From Sarea resinae (lineage: Eukaryota), in NCBI GenBank assembly GCA_026026165.1, contig JAPEUD010000118.1, positions 1-39,520 on the forward strand: 39,520 nucleotides of DNA, written 5' to 3'. A model generated the notes under the pieces. The model made no database searches. It worked only from the letters and a program-made list of their open reading frames with translations, and was not told where the DNA came from. Shown piece by piece: positions 1 to 8,474 of the stretch. How positions within the stretch are numbered: the first letter of the stretch is position 1; the number at the start of each line of letters is the position of its first letter. A program made the position numbers and the translations under genes.

Positions 1-49
1 TTTGGCTGGCATTGAGAGCATGCAATTCCTCGAAATGCAAAAAACAAAT

Positions 50-137
50 CTCTCCGACGGGGAATCGAACCCCGGTCTCCCGCGCTCGTACCTAAGAAGA
101 TGACAAGCGGAAATCATCACCACTAGACCATCGAAGA
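50..137 (-). tRNA. tRNA-Asp(GUC) with 16-nt intron (85..100), copy 1
   Basis: The reverse complement reads TCTTCGA TGGTCTAGTGGTGATGATT TCCGC TT GTC A [TCTTCTTAGGTACGAG] C GCGGG AGACC GGGG TTCGATT CCCCG TCGGAGA G. It shows an acceptor stem, A/B boxes, a GTC anticodon, a canonical intron after position 37 and a T-run terminator. Confidence 0.95.
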
Positions 138-719
138 TTGTTGATAGACGGGCTTCTTATTAATCCTATATCCTAGGTCCTCGCTTAGTAACTAATATGC
201 CTACTACTAAGTACGTGACGACGTCGTATGACGTAACGCGCCCTGGCCACAACAAGACTGGCAATTGGCTTCTTAGCATCGTGATGAAAATCTGAAATCC
301 ATATGTAATCGTTCTATGAGTTTAAAACGCGAAAAGAGCTTGATGGTGGTGTTGCGGGTCGAGGGGTCCTATGACACCGTAATGAGAGACTCTCGATAAT
401 TTAGGTGGGCGGCGACGACGCGAACATATAATTCGGATTAATAGTCCCAGGTCAGGAGTGCTCAGGAGGGGCTTACAACATAGATAGAATGACAATATGT
501 AGATATTTTGATACGTCAACAGATCTAGAGCCGCTTTGAACTCGAAGTGCCTATGGTTGGTCTCGTAACACGGTGCGTCTTTTGATACAGGGACGGAGGT
601 TAATTGATATCCACTATTGTTTGTAAAATGCCCGAACTTCTGCTTCACCAATCCAATATACTATCATTGGCGATTCTCCCTTGTACCTTGGGGCCTGCCG
701 TCTGGTCATAAGGAGTAGG

Positions 720-2066
720 CTACATGATAGTACAAGCTGCCACAGCAATTCCCACTGATGCGATTTGGAAAGCAGTGCCTACAACACCAGCTCCAACTCC
801 GATCCGGCTCAAACAAGTGTCCATTCGATGCTTATCGATATTCTGTCGCTTTTGACAAAGATCCAATTCTCTCTTGCAATCGTTGTACTTTTCCAAGAGC
901 CTTGCGGCCTCCTCGGGGTTCTGCGGCATTCCATCGGAAGCTGTTCTTCGAGAGGAAGCCGATCCGGATCCGATCTCGACCCCTTGGTCTCTCAGCCGAT
1001 CCTCCAGCCTACTTATCTCCAACGTCATCACTCTCCGCTGTTGTTCATCCCGTTCTCTGTTCCTCTCCAACCTCTCCAGTTCTTCCTTCAGTGCAGCCTC
1101 GCTCCTAGCATGCAATGCCTCCACATCTCCATGCATCATAGTCAAAGCTCTCTCACTGTTATACAACTGCAAACTTAAATCCTCCTTCGATGCGTCGAGC
1201 GCAGATGCAAGCTCTTTATTCTTCATCTTCGCCGCTCTTCTCGCCTCCCTCCTCGCTTCCGCGAGATTAGATTTGCAAAGCGCTTGAAGACTTAAAACCT
1301 CACCCTGCATCTCAATCCCTGCTTCCGTCTCATTCAAAGACTTATGCTCGTTAACCATCTGATGCTGCAGCGCAAGTGTCTTCTTCTGCCCGTGCTGGAT
1401 AATGTAGTCGCACGCAATTAGAGCAGACGCACGGTCGTTATAAAACTTGAAGGACTTGCTCCCAGCAGCGATCATATCCCCCCAAAGCTCCCGACTGTTT
1501 ATCAACTCTTCTTCCCTTCTCTTCGCAATTGCAAAGTCTTCCTTGTTCCACATCGTCGATCCAAGCAGAACAACAGAGTACGCATCTTCTCCGCAGATCT
1601 TCTTCACAATACGAAGTGCCTTTTTAGCAGAGCCTTGTGCGCGAGGGCTGTTTATGGCGTGCAGGTAGATGATGCCGCTCACTTGGACACCATAGGTATA
1701 TGCTTGGTTCAGGCAAGCTGCAATGTCCTCGAGCAAGAGAGCGTCTGAGGTAGTGCTTCCATCGAAACCGGGCGTGTCGATAAGATGAACCGTGTGACCG
1801 TTACGTTCAAACGTGAACGGCTCCACGAGGGTTGTACCTGTTACGTGGTCAGCCTTTGTCTGCATCTCGAACGAGGTTTGGAAAGCTTACATGCGTCTAA
1901 GTCATGGCCTATTTCTACGTTCTGGCCCGTACACTGGGAAATGAACGTGCTCTTTCCGGCCCCTGTAAGTCCGACAACAGCGATAACGATGTCGTTTGGC
2001 CCGAAGATTGTTAGAGAATCGTAACGTGTCAATCCGAGGAGCACCTTACTTGATAGGAGTAGACAT
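720..2066 (-). CDS. AIG1/GIMAP-like (MMR_HSR1-type) P-loop GTPase A with C-terminal coiled coil, hydrophobic tail and CaaX box; ~414 aa; possibly splice-defective
   Basis: Predicted exons 2066-2050, 2000-1891 and 1837-720. Motifs: IVIAVVGLTGAGKSTFI (G1), GHDLDACT (G2), LIDTPGFD (G3), SGIIYLH, STMW. The protein ends ...GIAVAACTIM. Intron 1890-1838 is canonical (GTAAGC..GCTGAC..CAG); intron 2049-2001 ends in GG rather than AG. Confidence 0.85.
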
Positions 2067-2676
2067 CTCTAGGAGACCTAAACAGTATCCGCTTAATGAC
2101 AGCTTGAGACCGTACAGTTTAAGATCACTTGAAGCTTCGCTTGATCTAAAATAATATTGCGATCTCTTACTCGGAATAGATGCTCGGCCTCACCTGGCAC
2201 AGCGGATTTATTTTTATCTATAGACGGGAGATTTTATGCCAGAGAAGATGGCCGTCCTGATCAAGCGGGTCAACTGTTGTCGAGTGGCCAATATGGAAAG
2301 CGGATATTGTGGTTGCGCACCTGCAGTCAGCACGCACGAGAGATGATCTTCTGCTGCGCCTCTTGAGCTTGAGAGGTTGGGCCGCGCGACAACTGACATT
2401 TGATCTGTCTGCCCCACTCATCACAGCCAAACCAGCCTATGTTAATTCTCATTGGTGTTTCGGCGTGCGCTAAATCCGATGAGTATTGTTGCCTGCACGG
2501 CTGGGGTATATTTGGCCCCATCCACGAAGGCGCAACGTGAAGTCTTATCGTCCTTTACCGTCCTTATAGGCAGCCACATCCCTAGTTGTACACAACAAAT
2601 TCTACCTAAAGTAAGCAATGCCCCTCGGCCCACTTTCACTCGCAATCTTCTCGCCGACAAGAGCACCCAAGTCAAA
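2067..2676. promoter_or_regulatory. Putative bidirectional promoter between the two GTPase genes
   Basis: About 610 bp lie between the divergent ATGs at 2066(-) and 2677(+), with only short non-protein-like ORFs. Confidence 0.55.
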
Positions 2677-4775
2677 ATGCGTTCTTTCTTTTCTGCAAAA
2701 TCCTCAGCGAAGAGACAACCGCAGTATGAAGTTTACGATGACGATAGTGATGACGGCCAATATGAGAGCACCGATGATTCAATCAGTTCCTACGAAGGGT
2801 CAAATTCCGGGTCTGATTCAAGGTTCTCGTCGAAAGATCCCCCCCGTCCGGAGTCGCGACAGTTGGGTCCAGCTGGGATGAACTTTAGCCGACAACAAAT
2901 GTTGGGGCCAGCTCCAGCTGAACGAAGAAGCGATGGAAGTGTGGGAGGGCAAGCACCACCGCAATTCACCAGAGGTCTTGCTGCACACGCTCTCCAGCAG
3001 CCGGTTCCGGAATGGGGCATGCGAAAGCCGGCTCAGAGAGCTCGGAATTCAGATTCTGCTTCTCCTGATCTCGACAACTCTCCGACACGTAGCCCAGCAT
3101 CTGCAAATAATCCATCCACAGTTGAACCTATTCTTCCAAATCCTCGAAGCGTGCCAGAGAGGAATTCTTTCATACCTCGAAAGCCTGTAAATAAGCCTGC
3201 GAAAAGGATACTCATTGCTGTGTTTGGCATGACGGGAACGGGAAAGACTACCTTTATCAAACAACTTGCTGGCGAGGCGGCAAGCCAACTTCGGACTGGA
3301 CATAACCTTGAATCTTGTACTTATTTCGACCTCCAGTCCCTGTATTCCGGCTAATATGCATTAGGCACTCAGGAAATCGAGACCGTTGATTTCAGGCTTG
3401 ACGGTTATGATGTTACACTTGTAGATACTCCCGGATTCGACGACTCGAAAAGGAGTGACTCTGAGGTTCTCACACTCGTAGCAGATTGGCTGGGGAGCTC
3501 CTACAAAGTACGTTCTCGAAACGATGAAGTGACTCTATCGGCGCTCCAGTTAAATTTTCATAGGACGAGACATTACTCTCCGGGATTATCTACCTCCACC
3601 GAATATCAGACGTACGAATGTCAGGATCCTCAATCAAAAACCTTCGAATGTTCCGCAAGCTTTGTGGGGCTGAAAACATGTCCAAAGTGTGTCTGTTAAC
3701 CACTATGTGGGATATGGTCGACCCTCAAGACGGATCAGCAAAAGAAAGAGAGCTACAAGGTCCAGGTTTCTGGGGCACCTTAATTGCTAGTGGAGCCTCC
3801 ATCAGACGACACGATAGGAAAATAGACTCTGCTCGAGATGTGGTACGCAGTATGCTGGTCAACGAGCCAACAACCATCAAGTTGCAAGACGAGATTGTTT
3901 CGGGCAAGACCTTGATCGAGACAGATGCTGGTGGTTTCATTAACGAGGAGATTCTGAAATTGCAAAAGCAGCATGAAGAAGACCTGAAAGTCGTGGAAGA
4001 GGAGCTGCGTTCAGCAATGGAGTCAGGTATGTGTCTTCAAACTCGTATCATTTCTATCACTGATCCATCAACAGGCAATCAAAAACTCCAGGCCCAACTC
4101 GAAGCTCAGTATAAGCAGACTCTTTCCCAAATAGAGCAACAAGCGGAGCAGCGACACAAGCTCGCACAGACCCAAATCAACAATCTCGAGCGCCGGTGGC
4201 AAGACGCAGATAATGAGAGGGAAACACAAGAACGCGAGCTTCGCGCTTCTGCTGCTAGAGAGCGTGAGCGCCGCATCATTGCCGAAAGAGAGCGCGAGCA
4301 GGCCGAACAAGCTTTCGCTGAGAGGGAGAGGGAAAGGGGGCGCGTTGAATGGGCTTCTAGTGCAAGAGAGCGCGAGTTTCGGATGGCCGCCGCGAGAGAG
4401 CGCGAGGAGCTCGAACAGGAAGCGAGGCAAAGAGAGCGCTTCGGACCTGTTAGAGAGAGAGCTGGCTACGAAGAACATTCACGTCGACGAGATGCGGAAG
4501 AAGACCATGATCGACCGAATATCGTGAAGACGAGACGGAATTCTGCACCGGTTCCCTACCCGGCACGCTCTTGGCGCTCTTGGTCTGAAACGAAGCGAAA
4601 GCGGGAGAAACATAATGGACGGCCGTATAAGACGTTTGAATGCTATTATCCTAACACATTCACTCGTTCAGGGTGCGCACGGCCGTTTGATGTTGTTAAC
4701 CCTACGCCGGGAAAAATTCAATGTTGCTATTGTAGGAAGAATTGGACGATTTGGGGAAGGGGGAGGCTTCGCTGA
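2677..4775 (+). CDS. AIG1/GIMAP-like P-loop GTPase B with disordered N-terminus, E/R-rich helix and C-terminal Cys cluster; ~648 aa
   Basis: Exons 2677-3316, 3365-3507, 3564-4026 and 4075-4775 total 1947 nt and are in frame. Motifs: ILIAVFGMTGTGKTTFI, GHNLESCT, LVDTPGFDD, LSGIIYLHRISDVRMSGS, TTMWD. All introns are GT..AG. Confidence 0.88.
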
Positions 4776-5264
4776 CGATCAGAATCCGATCGACTGATCT
4801 TTGAAGTGGCGGGAACAAGCAGTGGCCAATCTTCATTGTGGTCTACTCGTGCAACTGAGATCAATCGTTGATGTGAATAGAAATCTATTGTGATGTAAAC
4901 CGGCGCTGGTTCATGTACACCTCGAGAAGTGCTCTTCCAGTACAACGGTGAAAGAGTAAGACCAACTTATTCCTTGGATACTAAGGTGATGGGGCAGAGT
5001 TTGACCTAGGCGATCGGGGGTGTCGGAAAGTGAGTGGGATAAGCGATCATCGCAAGAATAATGCGGGATTCCTACTTTTCGTCTGAAAATGCTATCTGTA
5101 CAGCTATCATCCCTGGAGTTCCAAGGAATTAGTCACATGAGAATAAATCATCGTTGATCTAGGAATCGGCTCGACCTCTTTCTCGTTCACACGAAAAGGA
5201 GGTAGCTTGGAAAAAACGTTGGGTGGTTCATACCATGGCTAGTGACGCTTTTACTTCAAGCAAG

Positions 5265-5352
5265 TCTTCGATGGTCTAGTGGTGATGATTTCCGCTTGTC
5301 ATCTTCCTAGGTACGAGCGCGGGAGACCGGGGTTCGATTCCCCGTCGGAGAG
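5265..5352 (+). tRNA. tRNA-Asp(GUC) with 16-nt intron (5302..5317), copy 2
   Basis: Same sequence as copy 1 except one intron base (TCTTCCTAGG vs TCTTCTTAGG); followed by an ATTTGTTTTTTT Pol III terminator. Confidence 0.95.
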
Positions 5353-6072
5353 ATTTGTTTTTTTGCATTTTGCCCATCCTGCGACCAACATCGTTTCCCA
5401 TCCTTAGATCGATAGGATTTAATCGCAGTACTGATGCATCAAACGCTCGTAGATCTCAAATGCATCTGCCATTTAGCAAGTGCCTGAAGATCCCCTGAGA
5501 TCGCATGTTACGGCTGAAGTGGAAGAACGACGGCCCCGTCAACAAATCTTGTGCAAAATTTCTCTTTCTTCCAGAGCTTTGTGTAGAAATGGGTCGCTTG
5601 AACCAGATTCTGCCGGAGACGGAGGTCGATAAATTGAGTCTTCTGGTTCAGAGGCCGCTCGGCTCAAAGAATTTGGGAATTCTGGAACTTCTATATCATC
5701 GATTCGAACATAAGCGGACTATCTCAGAAGAATTGTCAGGAATCCTTCGATGTTGTTACTTTGTGCCAACTCTCTCAAGCACAATCTATCTTCTGGCCAA
5801 TCGCAAAATGTTCAGTCAAACATTGATTATCTAGATCGTGTAATTCAACAAAATGATGGTGTGCTGATAGTGAATCATGAGTGCTCAATATTCACCCATC
5901 TGTAGTATGCAGTACCAATCTGGAATTTAGGTAATACAGAACTTTGTACCTTTTATTTACCTCAAGCTATGACGAAGCCAGCCAGGGCCAACTATCAACA
6001 TCAACACTTCAGCTGCACAACATCCAAACCCACAACACCACCGTCACAAAGACCTCCACCGATAACATCAAT

Positions 6073-7477
6073 ATGTTCAGCGTCCGTCGTCTAGCTCCCC
6101 GAGCCGCCGCCCCGCGCGTGCTCCCCATCCCCGCTCTCTCTACTAGTCCACGTTCCTTCCACGCCTCGGCGCCCGCGTTCGTCCAAAAGGGCGATAAGCT
6201 CCCCAACCTCGGCGCGGTCCTGATGGAGGGCTCGCCGGGTAACAAGGTGGATCTCGCGCAGGAGCTCAAGGCTGGAAAGGGGGTCGTAATAGGCGTGCCT
6301 GCAGCCTTCAGTACGTAATGGGTTTCCTAATTTGCGGGTGTTTTGGCTTTGATCAGATTCTATTTCTTCCGTGGATTTCGGATCGTTGTACTAGTGGTTC
6401 ATGCTTGTGTATCTTTTTGTTCTCGGGAAGTGAATTGGTTACCAGCTTTTTGGCCAACTGCGGAAGTTGCCTGCTCTGTCTGTCTGCGTAGTTCACTGGT
6501 TTTTTGTCCCTGAACTTTCTCAAATGGACTGTTTGATTGTTCTACGCCCAACAAAACATAGTTTCTGGCAAATCGTCGGTCTCGACTGATGACGACGGGA
6601 ACGAACAACAGGTCCCTCATGCTCCAACTCGCACATTCCCGGTTACATCCAACACCCGGCCCTCAAAGACGCCGGCAAAGTCTTCGTCGTCGCTGTCAAC
6701 GACCCTTTCGTGTAAGTTCCATCTCTTCTCTCTTTCTCCTATTCCTTTTCCTCTTTGAAAGCAAGAGCTCCTTCGCTGTCTCTAAAATTGAGAAGCCTTC
6801 GCCCCTGAGCCCGAGAACTACGGTTACATATGCAAGACTCCGTCGTCGTCGACACTTGTTCTCATGAATATCTAATACCATACCGGTAGCCACTAACTAA
6901 GCTGACTACGATGGACCGCTCACAGGACTAAAGCATGGGGACTAAGTCTCGATCCCAAAGGAGAGAGCGGCGTAAGTCTCTTAAGCCGTTCCACTCCACT
7001 CCACCACTTTCCTCTCCACTCCACTCCGCTCCACTCGGCCTCACTTCCCCTTTCTCCCAATCATTTCCCACTGACAAAGAACCAAACAACTCAGATCCGA
7101 TTCCTCGCGGACCCCTCCACGGCCCTGACAAGTGCGCTCGACCTCTCCTTCGACGGGACGGCCATCTTCGGCGGTCCGCGCTCGAAACGCTACGCGCTGA
7201 TCGTCGAGGACGGCGTGGTGAAAGACGCGTTCGTCGAGGGCGACAACACCGGCTTGGATGGTAAGCTTTTTCTTTGCTCTTTTCCCCTCCGTCTTCATCT
7301 TGCTTGACCTATCGATTGAGCTCATCCTTTCCCTTCACCTCCCCACCCGCCCACATCATTGACCCCCTCGCACCCGAAAGATCAACTCAGAGAAAGAAAA
7401 GCAAAACTTACTGACGCATGCTCCTCTCCCTTTTTTTCTACCATATAGTCTCAAAGGCGGAAAACGTACTCGGCTAG
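6073..7477 (+). CDS. Prx5/Ahp1-type peroxiredoxin (redoxin family), probably mitochondrial
   Basis: Exons 6073-6310, 6612-6711, 6926-6971, 7095-7260 and 7449-7477 join to give GVPAAFSPSCSNSHIPGY (peroxidatic Cys), VNDPFV..AW, IRFLADP and RSKRYALIVEDG. The N-terminus is Arg/Ala-rich and presequence-like. Confidence 0.92.
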
Positions 7478-8044
7478 CCAGCTTCCCGTTCCGTTTCCAA
7501 TCTGATCTGCCCTCGAACGGCCAAAGGAATGTCCATCTCGTATGTCTGTCAGGTACTTGGATAGATGGATGAATGGCGGGACGGATGGATGGACGGGTTG
7601 CTCGGTATGATAGACTGTTCATCATCTGATCCTTCATTGTGGGGCTTAGTGAGCAGATACAGTTGCCACGCTGGCGACAGTTGGTAGCTATGAAATGACG
7701 AATCAATCAATCAAACAATCCGATTAATAGACGGGAAGCGCCATCTGTAAATTGAAATGAATACTATTCGCAGTCAAAACTCCCCTCTGATCTCCCCCTC
7801 TTCCGCCCCTCTCTCTCCCTCAGACATACACACACACACACATTTATCACGCTGGCATCACTCACACCCCTATTCACTCGCCCTCTCACTCTTAAATCTT
7901 ACTCTCACTGTCATTTTCACTCATCTTCCTAGCTTCTAATCTACATCTTGTTACCGCTCACCCGGTCCCATCCAATCTCATCCCATTCCATCCCGTCCCA
8001 TCATCTATTTTAGCCATTCATGTATATCAGCAATTTCGGGGTCT

Positions 8045-8180
8045 GATTTCGTCTTTCCGTTGCTTTTCTCTTCTCTTCTTTTCTTTTCTTCTCTCATTGC
8101 TCTGCCTTTTTCTTCTCTTCTCTTCTCTCATTGCTTTGTCTTCTTGCCTTCTTTTTGCCTTGCTTTTGCCTTGCTTTCTA
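8045..8180. repeat. Pyrimidine-rich low-complexity tract (TTCTC/TTTTC/TTGCC)
   Basis: Visible degenerate pentamer repeats between the convergent peroxiredoxin and NIF3 3' ends. Confidence 0.7.
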
Positions 8181-8474
8181 CCCACTACCACCGCGGAAGA
8201 AATGAATGAAAAAGGTAGTATATACCATGCAAGCCGCGTGTAGAATATGCTTTCTTTTCCGCCCGACGATCTGATGGGATTAGTCAGAAGATGAGATGCG
8301 TATGTATGTAGGTAATCCAATAAAGCCCATTCCACCAGGCCGCCAGCCCGAAAGTCCTAGCGCCCAGCTACAGTCAAGCACAAACACACATGGACCACCG
8401 GGGCAAGAAAACGAGTTCTGTTTTTGCCCATCCCGAACCATCAAGTGGCTGACCACCTCTCTCTTAAGAATTGA

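Noticed and set aside
322..651. 109-aa minus-strand ORF inside the cassette
   Set aside because: Non-ATG start, no recognisable motif, and it lies in the 3' region of GTPase A.
2452..2676. N-terminal extension of ORF 2452..3354
   Set aside because: It depends on a TTG start. The ATG at 2677 has typical fungal context (CAAAATG), although an upstream in-frame ATG cannot be fully excluded.
33..5370. Cassette as a DNA transposon with terminal inverted repeats
   Set aside because: The repeats are complete tRNA genes; no transposase, recombinase or clear target-site duplication is visible.
8027..8335. 102-aa Lys/Arg-rich ORF
   Set aside because: It is the translation of a purine/pyrimidine low-complexity tract.
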